Source: Gnetum montanum (lineage: Eukaryota; Plantae; Gnetophyta). From it: DNA of 64,000 bases. The stretch is from NCBI GenBank assembly GCA_015680685.1, contig MNCI01001684.1, positions 214,409 through 278,408 on the forward strand, read 5' to 3'. The first letter of the stretch is position 1. Every line of letters starts with the position of its first letter. The translations under genes and the position numbers were made by a program. Below the pieces are notes generated by a model. The model made no database searches and was not told the DNA's origin. It worked only from the letters and a program-made list of their open reading frames with translations. Positions 1 through 11,581 of this stretch are shown one piece after another.

Positions 1-1039
1 AAATAGACACAGTATGGATTACTGTTTCACTTTGAAACAGGATATTCAGCGGATGATCGATGAAGGCCAAATCACTTTTGACGAGGCCAACCCGGTCCAA
101 CCACAGAATCAAGCTATGGGGGTGTACAAAGACCCCCTGAACACCAAAGAGGCGCCATATGTCATTAATATAATCTACCTTGATGATGGGGGGGAAGCAT
201 CCAACATGAACACTGTCTATCCCCAATATAAACAGGAAACACCTAATAGGCCGTTCGTAGTTCAGATTCCCCCCGCTGTGTCCATGCCCACGCCTAACAC
301 CATGACACAGGACAAACCGTATGTAGTGCATGTCCCTCCCGTCATCCCCTCAGATGCATCAACCCCTCATACTCGGCCTACCCCTTTCATAGTCCGGGTA
401 CCACCCGCGGTCGCAACAGCAAGGGTCCAACCTTTACCAAAACCAACTCCGTATGTCGTTAGAATACCCGAAACTCCTAATGATTACCAAACCTCCATCT
501 CACGAGCGCCAAGCCAACCCAGTCCCTACGTCATTAGGGTCCCTGGCTAGCCTTCTAACTAGTCACATCCAACGGCACAACCGCAACCCCGCCCAGCTCC
601 ATATGTGGTGCGAATCCCAGGGCAGCTTGAGGCTCCAAGACCAGCCCCACCTCCATGCCACACACAAGAATTCCTAGCAGATAGGCTTACACATGAAGGT
701 GTGGAAAAGGAACGCCAACGGTTAGCTCTGGGGCCACCTAAGCCCATTCCACTTAACTCTGTGCCCATGTCGTCGTCTAACAACCAATCAGACGCAAGTA
801 ATGAAGGCAAATCATCTGAAAATTATGAACTGCTTAAAACAATAGCTTCGAACAAAAATGACAAATCAACAAAGCATGAAATAAAACTGTTGGGCCCAAT
901 GGACCCAGTCATCATTGATAAAAACACTCCAAACAGTAAAGATTTAGCAATGGCTTTGACACAAGTCACCCAAGCATTGAAGCAAAAGAACGCTTCGTTG
1001 AGCTTGTATGATTTGGTGCTAACATCCCAAACACATTGA
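1..1039 (+). pseudogene. gag: gag C-terminal region / Pro-rich gag-protease linker (in-frame stops)
   Basis: 'HSMDYCFTLKQDIQRMIDEG' (end of Tat gag Cys/His motif); 'ASLSLYDLVLTSQTH' resembles the Ogre pre-protease motif; repeated P[YF][VI][VI]x[IV]P. Confidence 0.75.
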
Positions 1040-1054
1040 GAAGCTCTAGTATGC

Positions 1055-1963
1055 ATGTTAACGTCGATCCGGGTAAGCGAGGACTTGCCCCCGAATGAAC
1101 TGAAAATCCATGCAGTAATGTACTTGTCTCACGAGACCACTCATAAACCCTTGAGCTTCCATGATGACAACATTAAGGTGGACAAGAAAACAGGGGAAAT
1201 AACAGTAGTCCCCATGTTCATAACGATATGTATCAACCAGTTCAAGATACATAGGGTCCACGTAGGCGATGGAGCCACAACAAATGTTGTACCATATCCC
1301 ATCGTTGAACAATTGGGGCTTACTGAATTAATTAAACCAACTGCGACTACATGTTTAAAGTCGTTCAGCGGGTCACGCGTAATGGTAAAAGGCACAATAA
1401 CTTTAGATTTCATAGCGGGAGACCAGTTCCCTACATCTGCCGAATTCCTAGTAGTCGATGAGATGCCAGGGTTCAACCTAATATTAGGAAGACCCTGGTT
1501 GGCCCAACTGAGAGCTGTCTCCTCCCTTGTACACCAGGAGATCCACCTGTCATATGAAGGCGGTGAAATCATTATACACAGGGAAGCCACTACGCCTATT
1601 ATCTCATCACACGTGGACATGGACCAAGGATCAGAAGTCAAACTTGAGGAGCCTAAACAAAACGATAAAAATGCGCACCCATTGGTAAGCAATAAACCTT
1701 CAAACATGGAACAAGAGCCTCCCAAAACAGAAACATCCACGTTTGACGTTGTGCATACAACCTCTCAAATGGAAAATAACATAGAACCTGCACCAACTAT
1801 CGAAACATCTGAAGACATTGACACAGAAACCGTTCCATCAGACGTCCCTTGGGCTGAATTACCATTCAATGTGATCAGCGAAGGGGACGCTGAATACAGA
1901 ATCCTCCCGGTTGACATATCGCCTAACATTAAAAAGAAGAAAATCAAAAAACTATTACAATAA
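1055..1963 (+). pseudogene. Retrotransposon aspartic protease ORF
   Basis: RVHVGDGATTNVV (degenerate D-x-G region), FLVVDEMPGFNLILGRPWL; ORF stops at 1961-1963 with no RT directly following. Confidence 0.9.
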
Positions 1964-1977
1964 TATCAACACTCTTA

Positions 1978-2283
1978 GTCCGAAATGACGTCAAACTATA
2001 ACACGTCCGAAATGACATTAAACTACAATACGTCTGAAATGACACTAAACTACAATTCGTCCGAAATGACACTAAACTACGATAAATCGAAAAAAAAACA
2101 ACAAAAAAAAACATTATTATTACTAAACTACACTCCCTGTCTGAAATGACGTTAAACTATCACGTCCGCAAAGACGTAAAACTAGCCACGATCAACAATG
2201 ATTGGTCAACAGAAAAAAAATCCACCCGTGTCATTCGAAATATTCCTCGTTTACAACTGGGGCCCGAAATGGCCTTAAACTAG
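1978..2283 (+). repeat. Tandem array 1 of hairpin+AAACT motif (27-nt period; coremin/xrRNA-like)
   Basis: Units at 1978, 2005, 2032, 2059, 2139, 2164, ~2260; consensus GTCCGAAATGACRYTAAACTA. Confidence 0.9.
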
Positions 2284-5200
2284 TTCATGCATGCATACTT
2301 GGTTCTCCTTTTTGTTCAGCATTTACAATCACATCTTTGCTTTACACTTAAAACAAAACAGAAAAACAAGCCAAAACATTTTTCATTGCTGCGTCGTGTT
2401 TACAATTAAAGTCAAAATCAACAAAAAATTTTCTTACATGCAATGTTGTACAATTACAAGTGTCAACTGTTTTCGTCCATCTCAAAATTTTCAAGTTACA
2501 ATTCCCGTATAAGTCCGAGTCAAAAAACAACAAAAAACTAAAAAACTAAAAAAAAGCCTAAGAATCTGGGACGGGAGGATCATCCCCTCTAGATCCACTG
2601 GCATTAGGGGCCCCTACTCCACTGGGGCCAGCTTCTTGAGCATCATCACCACCTTCATCCTTAAAACACCAAAAAGAACAACCAACATAAGAATAAGTGA
2701 ATGTCAAAGTTTTAAATACCATTCAGTAAATTTTATAAGGACAAAACACTTATCATAGGAGGATTTCCTCTTCTGAAAACGCTGGCCCAGTCTGTCCCAT
2801 CTAGGCCTAAGTCAACATCTGCCAAAGTCTTTCCTTTGTCGATAGCTGACCAGGTAGGGCGTTTCAGAGGGAACTCACCCACCGACACTTCCCCAAAAGC
2901 AGTTGTGATCACCCTTGTAGGCGACTCCATTTCCACAGTTGTATTCTGAGAAAAAGTATCGAAGGCAGAACGCAAACCCAAACCCTCCACAAACATCTCC
3001 AGTTGCCTCTTTTCAATAGACACCTCTTTTAGTGACTTCTTGTAGTAATGTTTGTGATTTTTCTCATTCTGACCCCACTTACGAACCTTGGAAGCAAAGA
3101 CCTTTCAATCTTGACATTTAAGGTTCAGGAGATCAATTTGGGCTTTGCGCTCTACCATTCTCCAGGTTAACAATGCATGACGATTCAGCAGATTCCAATA
3201 TCTAGTGTATGTGACCTCGGACGTTCGCCAAGAGCGATCGCCACTTAGTCTGGCAGCGGTGAACTCATACCGGGCCTTCAGATCATCACGTTCCACTGAC
3301 AATTCAGAGACTTCCCTTTCTTTTTCTTGAATTTGTAGCCACAACTGCTCAATGGAACGCCTACAGGTCCACAACGATTTAGCATTGTGCACAAAGCCTT
3401 CTGCAACTCCATCATAAACAGGCCTTGGCACCTGTTCCACTTCTGGGGAAAGTGCAGTTAAGCTTTCTATGCTAACGCTTTTAGAGGGGTCCCATCTCAA
3501 TTTAGTGCCTATTCACGTGAAAAATACAAATGTTAGGACAATACAAGCAAGATGTGAAACTCCAAACCTTTAAATAATATATACCTATGTTAGGGTGGGC
3601 CTCCTGAATCCGTTCGACGACTTCTTCCGCAAGTCCAGCCACAAAATCCATTTTTCTTGGCATTTCAGACCAAGTAAATGGCTCACGGGTATGGGATGAA
3701 CTAACCTCAGCGGTCCTCTCCGAGGGAACCGTCTTCATCGGTACATCCAAACGCACCTTCCTGGTCTCGCTGCCTTCATCTGGACAAGATAAAAACACAA
3801 AAAAATAATAAATAAAAAATACCACAAAAATGATGACTGAAAAGCGAAATTGAAATGAGATAAAGAGAAAAACATACCATGATCCTTGTCACCCTTTGGG
3901 GGGTCGCCCAGATCCAAGTCTCCTTGAAGAAACCTACGGAACACTTGATCGACACTGCCCTGGTCATCCAACGGCTCAGTTTCTATGGTTTTCTCCTTTA
4001 ACTCCTCCGTCTCTCCGCCCTGGCTCTTCTCTGTATGTTCCTCCTCGTTGTTCTTCTCCATATTGGTCTCCTCCTCCTCGGCGATAGTCTCTAGAGCCTA
4101 CTTCCTCACTGTTTTAAAATCAAGCCAAAAACACCAATAACACGTAAGCGATTGAAGTAAAAGTTATAGATAAAATGAAAACGACAAAGTAATAAATAGG
4201 TGAGGTCTGCTTACCAGGCATCTTGAAGCATATCCGCTTCACGCGTGGCTGGTTCACACCGGAGATTTCCTCAGCCGTGCATTCAGGCCTCTTTAGCTTT
4301 GACTTAGCTTGGCCAACGGTCTCCTTGATGACCCGTTCTTCCCTTTTAGCAGTGTAGGGTACCTCGTCTAGCTCCAACCCCAAACTATCACGTGTGTGGA
4401 TTGAACCGCCAGATGATCCCCCTGTAGTAATAGAAGCGGATTCATCAATACCTTCAAGTGCATCTTGGGACATAGCTGTCTCAAACAAGTGATTGATCCA
4501 TGGGCGGGATATTTGACCCCGATCCCGCAGAAAAAACTTGTTGTCTACGCGAACTACTAGGAACTCGGCAAAACGACGAAGATAACCGGCGAAGAATGCG
4601 AAGGTGAAATGGGATTGCGCCTCGACATTCGAACGCAACCGCACTATCTCCTTGTGAATGCCCAACAACAAAAATCGCACCCAGTTATATCGCATGCATG
4701 TTTTCAAAATAGTTCGCATGACACGAACAACCTCAACCCCAAGACACCTCACCTGGGAAAGAGTTTTAGGGAATACCCGTGCTCTGAATAGGGGATATAG
4801 TTTGTTCACTTCCACAACTTTTTCCTTCCCCTGCATCAGGAATCCCTTGGCACCCTTGGCCACGCCTAGCAAATCTTCCAACTCCCAAATCATCTGGAGC
4901 TCTTTATGAGCTCTGTCTAATACTACATTTAAGCCATCTGCCAGTACGCCAAATAGGTTTGAAAAGAACTCGGACAACAGATGGAAAACTACCTTCACAC
5001 CCTTAATCCGGGTGCTGTAGTATGAGACAGACTCATTAAAAGAGTCTACAATCACAATCATCTCCCCAATGGAAACGTCAAGACTCGAGGTCATAAAAAG
5101 CTCCATGAGGCCGACATTATCTAGGCAATGAGCGAGGGATAGAGGCACATGATTACATACCCACTTCTGAGCCTTAGTCACCCCTCCGACCTTCATCAAC

Positions 5201-5683
5201 AAAGTCATCTCGGTTCGTCCAGTTGTCACCGGATCCTCACCAGAAGGTACATCAACTATAAAAGCAATTTAAAATGGTCGTATCAGCATAAGTCAAAACA
5301 ATTGGACAAACCCGTTAACATATCTAGAAAATGTTATCATTTATCGTGGGTGGCGGATCTAGATGTGCTACCAAGATCACAAGGGAAAACTGGCCCGTTG
5401 TCAGTCCAGTCTTCATGAAGCCACCCACGAGCCTTACACATAGCAAATGCTCTGGAGAACTGCTTATGAAAATGGACCATCGAACCCTTCGTTTGATCCA
5501 GTACGGTCCCACGAAGGGTGGGGCCCGTCATGAATGCTTCCAGAGCAGTGTGAGCAAAGGCTAAGCCTTCATCTTTAATGAGTGTCCCATCTGGGTTGGT
5601 CTTTGGCCTGTAAGCAAATATGGGTCAAAACAAGAAGCAAACGCTAAACAACGAAAGGAAATAGTAAACTTAAATATTCCTAC

Positions 5684-6133
5684 CTGGCCACTCGATACAC
5701 CGTGCCAGGAGGGTTCTGGAATAATGTATGTGCACGGGCAGCTACAAACAATGTATTGTTGAGGTAGTCTAACCCTCGCGGCAATAGTACCCACACGTGC
5801 GTTAATGGGCGTGTAGACCAGGGCCCACGAGTAGTACCATCCTCATTAACAAGAGGCCCCTCATCAATATCCTGTATGAAAACCATGATACCTTTTGCAG
5901 CCCCTGGCAGCATCTCCTCAAGGACGCTCCGTGCAGTCACCTCGTCAAAGTTTGACCAGATAGCCACCTCGAAATTGTCCAACAAGAAGGATAGAAATCC
6001 ACATGTGCCTTCCCTGAACCAAACCCCATTGTTATCCACGGTCAGATCCGGGGGAACCTCGCCATCCTCAACAAGGCTAACCCATGTTAATACCCTGACA
6101 AGTTCGACAACAATGAGGAAGCGCTTGCTGTCC
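5684..6133 (-). other. FCP1-homology/NIF (HAD, CTD-phosphatase-like) domain exon, catalytic DxDx(T/V) motif lost
   Basis: KRFLIVVELVRVL...VWFREGTCGFLSFLLDNFEVAIWS...NNTLFVAARAHTLFQNPPGTV resembles plant NIF proteins (KLLVLDLNGLL...VFKRP...FL.FC...FEVGIWSS...NTLLLDDSPYKAL.NPP.TAI). Confidence 0.72.
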
Positions 6134-6237
6134 CTGCAAACAATCATGATGCCACGATAGGTTAGCCCAAAAAGTGAAAGTTTACATCATAAATCGACAC
6201 TTAAAATCTAGAAAAATCTTACTAACTGTTTGCATTC

Positions 6238-6770
6238 AGCGTATACGCCCCGTAGACCAGCGTATACGTCGGTGAAGCTATTCACACAGCGTAAAAATGT
6301 GGTTTAAACTCAGCGTATACGCTGTACATTGAGCGTATACGTTTCCTAACTCAGCGTATACACCAAAAATGAACTATCTTACGCTTAGCATATACGCTGA
6401 CGAAACCCTCAGCGTATACACCATAGCTCGATCTAAGCGTAAGCAGTCTACGCCAGCATGGAATAAACAAGTTTACGCTGAAAGAAAACTGCAAACTAAT
6501 AGCGTATACGCCGAATAAACCCTCAGTGTATATGCTGTCATAGTAAACAGAATTTACACTAATAAAATAAGCAAATCATGCTGACAAGACTTTGCGCACA
6601 AAAAACTCATGATGCTGTGGCTTACGCTGATAAGCTAGTACAGGGAAAATGTTTACGCTGACAAAACTTTACGCTATAAAGTGACACTCGGCGTATACGC
6701 CGCAAAACCCCATACGCCTAAAAACCCCTACGCTCGGCGTATATGCCGAGACTGTCTACGCTATAACCAA
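6238..6770. repeat. Cluster of ~11 (CA)GCGTATACGC(TG) palindromes in intron 1 of the antisense gene
   Basis: e.g. perfect CAGCGTATACGCTG at ~6311; variants at ~6239, 6260, 6332, 6352, 6410, 6501, 6690, 6735; TACGCT half-sites continue to ~7180. Confidence 0.85.
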
Positions 6771-7222
6771 AAAAGCATAGAAATAATTAGAGGTAGAGAT
6801 CAGAGCTTACCTGTGGGATGTCACAGGCCAGGATGGGATCCTTGGCCTGGCCAGGCCCTGCAGCATAGCTTCCATCTCCTCCGTGAAGGTCAAGTCAGGA
6901 CCTTTCCTCCCCTGGCCCTCCACTTCTTTGCCCTTGCCCATCTCGGCCTGTTTATGTTGACGATACAAGCTTACGATGAAGAGAAGAAGTGTCTATGCTG
7001 ACACCTGAAAGTTAACGCTCCGTGTCTATGCTGGGGTTTAACGCTCTGCGTCTACGCTAGGGTTTAATGTTGCGCGTCTACGCTGGGGTTATTCTTTGGC
7101 GTCTTCACTCACGAGAAAATTTATGCTTACGCTAAGGCACTGTATTTTATGCTTATGCTTTAACAGTTTACGCTGCCGCTTATGATCTGTTGCTTTCAAA
7201 GTAAGAAGCAAATGGACCCCCC

Positions 7223-7233
7223 CCTTTATATAG
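7223..7233 (-). promoter_or_regulatory. Putative TATA box of the antisense gene
   Basis: CTATATAAAGG on the minus strand ~290 nt upstream of ATG 6941. Confidence 0.6.
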
Positions 7234-7432
7234 CGCTCCGTTGACGCTGCCATTTAATCCGCCGTCGCTCCTTTTTGCCATTTTTTTCCTTTTTCCTTAT
7301 TTTTCACCCGAAAAAAATATAAAAAAATAAAAATAATAAAAAATATTAAAAATAGAGATTGCTACGTCTTGGTTCCCCAATGGACCCCATTTTACACGTT
7401 TACTCTGAACGTTCTAGCTTAAACTCCAAGTT

Positions 7433-7620
7433 GCGGCCTGGTAAGGCCTTAAACTGCCACTTACGGCCCGGTACGGCCGTAAACTGCCACTTTCCCAATC
7501 CAAGTTATAGCCCGGTAAGGCCTTAAACTGCCACTCAACGCCCGTTAAGGCGTTAAACTGCCACTCCATGCCCGGTAATGTGTTAAACTACCATGCGTCC
7601 CGGTGTGACGATAATCCACC
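7433..7620 (+). repeat. Tandem array 2 of hairpin/pseudoknot+TAAACTGCC motif
   Basis: Six units, e.g. GGCC-TGGTAA-GGCC-TTAAACTGCC, ACGGCC-CGGTAC-GGCCGT-AAACTGCC, ACGCC-CGTTAA-GGCGT-TAAACTGCC. Confidence 0.88.
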
Positions 7621-7704
7621 ATTATGCATGTACACATAGTTTAAAATCGTCAAAAGACACAGAACGATACCCCTTTGCTTATTCAGATCTCTTTTTATTG
7701 GCAG

Positions 7705-10700
7705 GAACAAGCTCAATGGACTGCCAGCATTTAACCGCACCATTAATCATTGACGAACCATATGGAAAAATTACAAGAGACATTAACATAAATCTCATCA
7801 ATTTGAATTCACCAACGGACAACGTAGTCATAGCCTTAACATAGAAAATAACAGATGATTACAAGGGCATGAAAAAATTCCTTGACATAGAGGTCGAGAA
7901 TATCATTGAAGACCCGTTGTCTGAAACTCCCATCATCATGCCCAATGGAGAAACTAAAATTTTAAAATTAAGCACCTTATTACAACCGCCATTAGCCAAA
8001 GCATTGAGAACGTGCTTAGGGAAAATATGAAGGCATTCGCTTGGTCCTACACAGACATGCCCGAGCTAGACCCCCAAATTATCCAACACAATATTATCCT
8101 TGACCCAAAGTTGAGACCAATAAAACAAAAAGTGAGAAAGGTTAAGCCCGAGGTAGCATTAGCAGTTTGCAATGAGATCACCAAGCTTTATCAAGCTGGT
8201 TTCATTCAGGCTGTTGATTACGCTGAGTGGGTATCTAACATGGTCATTGTTCCGAAGAAGAACGGAAGCATTCATTTGTGTATTGACTTCCAGGATCTAA
8301 ATGTTGCAACAGTAAAGGACGACTTTCCTCTACCTAGCATCGATCAACTTGTTGACTCAACTGCTAGACACGTGCTATTATCCTTTATGGACGGCTTCTC
8401 AGGATACAATCAAATACGAATCAACCTGGAGCATCAGCTTCGGACGACCTTTATGACACCATGGGGAACCTTTTGTTGCACAATGATGCCTTTTGGTCTC
8501 AAGAACGCTGGGGCCACGTATCAAAGAGTGATGACATTTATCTTTAGCGATTACATACTACACTGAATTAATGATTACGTGGATGGCATTGTGGTTAAGT
8601 TAAAAATGGAGGAACAACATGTACAAGATCTTGATTTAGTATTAAAATGTTGTCTAAAGTATGAACTGAGGCTTAACCCAAAAAAGTGTGTCTTCGTCGT
8701 CAAAACAGGCAAAATGCTTGGATTTATAGCATCAGAAGTAGGGATACGAGTAGACCCCAATAAGGTTAAGGCCATAACAAACCTGAAACCACCAGGCAAC
8801 CTTACTGAACTTCGAGGTCTACAAGGTAGATTACAATTCATCAGGCACTTCATAGAAAAACTGACAGATAAACTAAAACCCATGAACCACCTGTTACGCA
8901 AGAACGTACATTTTGAATGGACTCCGCAGTGTCAACAGGCATTCGATGACATTAAAACGGCACTTGCTCGGCTACCCATGATTTATCCACCCCAAAACGA
9001 TAAACCATTCTACATCTACCTTGCTACTTCAGATTCGTCCATCGCATCTATGCTTTGCCAGAAATGAGATGACGGAACCGAAGTCCCTGTATATTACTTG
9101 AGCCACGCATTAGTTGCCCACGAGAAAAAGTACAATGACGTGGAGAAGTCATGTTTAGCTCTGGTCTTTTCTTTAAGAAAATGACGACATTACCTCTTCC
9201 GCAACCAGGTTTACATAATTTGCAAGGACAATGTACTGAGAGCTATAACAGGGAATATTTATGAAACAAGTCGAATAGCCCGGTGGAAAGCCATGATAGC
9301 CGAGTTTGACCTGTACTACGTAGTGCAATCATTAGTCAAGGGTCAAGCCATAGCAAACCAAATGGCCACATCACCAACACGCTACCAAGCGACTATAGAC
9401 CCAGAATTCCCAGATGAGAATATAAGCACCATAGAAATACTGCCCGATGACTACGATGTTATTTTAAACTTTGATGGGGCATCTGCCTCTCAGGAAGGAA
9501 GTGCAACCGTTGTCATCACCTATCCCTCTGGGGAGATCCGACCCTTTGCCTATCATTTCAACTTTCACTGTACCAACAACATAGCAGAGTATGAAGGTCT
9601 CCTTAGAGGTCTCGCGGTAGCTTTGGCTTTAAACATCACATGGCTTGTAGTCAGAGGGGACTCGCAACTGCTTGTAAACCAAGTCACGGATGTCTATACA
9701 TGCAAAGCCCAACATTTTCAACCATACTGCGACTTGGCAAAACACCTAATGAGACGATTCAAAAATATTGATGTGCAACACGTCTCCAGAAATGATAACA
9801 CCATCATAGATGCGTTAGCCACATTAGCACTAAACATATCTCCAAACATGTTCCACATGTTGCCAAGCTCCATAACCAGTTGTGCTGAACCAATCACCGA
9901 CACCCTTGACACGTTGCCGATTGCATCTGTTAGTTCAACACACGCAATAGAATGGTACGATGACATAAAAGAATACCTTCTACGTGGCAAAACACCACAA
10001 CATCTAACAAGTGCACAGAGAGACGCAGTGCGGAAACGTTCTAAGCAGTATACCCTGGTAGGGGACACACTGTGTCGTCAATCCTACGAAGGCATATTGC
10101 TAACATGTGTTAGTAGTACCGATGCCCAAACTATTGTTGAACAGGTACATGAAGGACTATGTGGAGGACACATAGCGCCAAAAGCCATGGCAATGAAAAT
10201 CGGGTGCTTGGGCTATTATTGGCCACACATGGAATACGACTGTCTAACCAAAGTCAAAACATGTAATACTTGTCAAAAACATAGCAATCTAATACATGTC
10301 CCACCGAATGAGTTGCATACAATGCAAATCACATGGCCCTTTCAAAAGTGGGGGTTGGACCTCATTGGTCAGATAACCCCCTCATCTTCCGTAGGCCATA
10401 GTTTCATTATAACCGCCACAGAATACTTCACGAAGTGGGTAGAAGCTGCTCTCCTTTGAAAAACTACATCCAAGCACATGTGCAATTTCATTCTAGAAAA
10501 CATTGTAACCTGCTTTGGCATTCCCATGATAATCATCACAGACAACGGGCCACAATTTAGCAGTGCCGAAACCAAAGCCTTTTGTGAAAATTTAGGGATC
10601 AAACACTCGTTTTCATCCCCTTACTATCCTCAGAGAAATGGACAAGCAGAAGCAACAAATAAGATAATTATTACAATACTTAAGAAAATGCTTACCCAGA

Positions 10701-11190
10701 GCAAAAGAAAATGGCACGAACAATTGGTGTACGCATTGTGGGCATACCGCACTACGCACCGAACTTCAACAGGTAAGACACCATACAGCCTTGTTTACGG
10801 TTCAGAAGCTGTTTTACCTTTGGAACTGCAGGTACCATCTTTAAGGATCACACTTTCTGGGCTCCTCGACGACAGGCAAAAAAATGATCTACGCGTTGTT
10901 GATCTTGACTCGGTGGAGGAAGAATGTGTGCGCGCCCTCGATCAGATCGAATGGTACCAAAAACGACAACGACAACGACATCGACATAACATCAACAAGC
11001 GCCCTATCAAAGAGGGTGACCTTGTGCTTAAAGCTGTTTGGGAACATCCGGACAAATTCTCAGCTAACTGGAAGGGCCTTACTTGGTTACTAAAGCACTC
11101 GACAATGGAGCATTCAAACTAGCTGACATGGAAGGAAACAAGCTTACCAATCCAACCAATCACTTGTACCTAAAACCGTTTTACGTTTGA
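7705..11190 (+). pseudogene. pol: pol: reverse transcriptase, RNase H, additional RNase H, integrase (few stops/frameshifts)
   Basis: RT: AFAWSYTDMP, LCIDFQDLN, FMDGFSGYNQI, MPFGLKNAGATYQR, YVDG (mutated YVDD); aRH: FDGAS, NNIAEYEGL, GDSQL; INT: HEGLCGGH...CNTC, GLDLIG, TDNG, NGQAEATNK; GPY/F-like tail ending at TGA 11188-11190. Confidence 0.96.
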
Positions 11191-11213
11191 AGTACGAGCT
11201 CAGGTACGTGCAA

Positions 11214-11581
11214 GTCCTGGAATCATGACTATAAACTGATACCACAGCTCTTCCTGGGATCATGACGGTAAACTAATACCACAGCTCAGTCCTTGGTTAT
11301 GACTTAAAACTGACGCCACACCTGTCCTGGCATCATGACAATAAACTGATACCCCACAGTGTCCGCAATGATAATAAACTAGCACCTTTCCGCCATGATA
11401 GTACACTGCCACCGTCACAACCACCAAAGTCTGCTAAGACTATAAACTAGCTTGCCTCCTCATAGTCTGCTAAGACTAAAAATTGGCAATGTAATGTCCA
11501 CCACGACACTAAATAGGAAATGTCCAATGGGTTACGACATAAAAGTAACCCATGGTAGTCCGCCAAGACTATAAACTAGCA
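11214..11581 (+). repeat. Tandem array 3 of hairpin/pseudoknot+TAAACT motif just after the integrase stop
   Basis: About 10 units such as GTC-CTGGAATCAT-GAC-TATAAACTGATACCA, AGTC-TGCTAA-GACT-ATAAACTAGC, ATGTC-CAATGGGTTAC-GACAT-AAAA-GTAACCCAT. Confidence 0.88.

Larger units (their letters stand above)
2558..6941 (-). pseudogene. Antisense 8-exon accessory gene (~1050 codons): FCP1/NIF-like HAD domain + Transposase_32/PMD-like domain + acidic and coiled-coil C-terminus; a few nonsense changes
   Basis: ATG 6941; GT-AG introns at 6134-6810, 5608-5683, 4109-4214, 3780-3877, 3509-3584 all join the listed minus-strand ORFs in frame; two further introns (~5256-5323, ~2660-2753) have uncertain or mutated donors; stop TAG 2558-2560. 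Confidence 0.82.

Noticed and set aside
1978-2283. CRISPR array
   Set aside because: No unique spacers of constant length, no cas genes, eukaryotic retroelement context
7433-11581. Hammerhead or pistol ribozyme identity for the arrays
   Set aside because: No CUGANGA/GAAA core with three stems; only the first hairpin + UUAAA resembles pistol and the rest of that fold is missing
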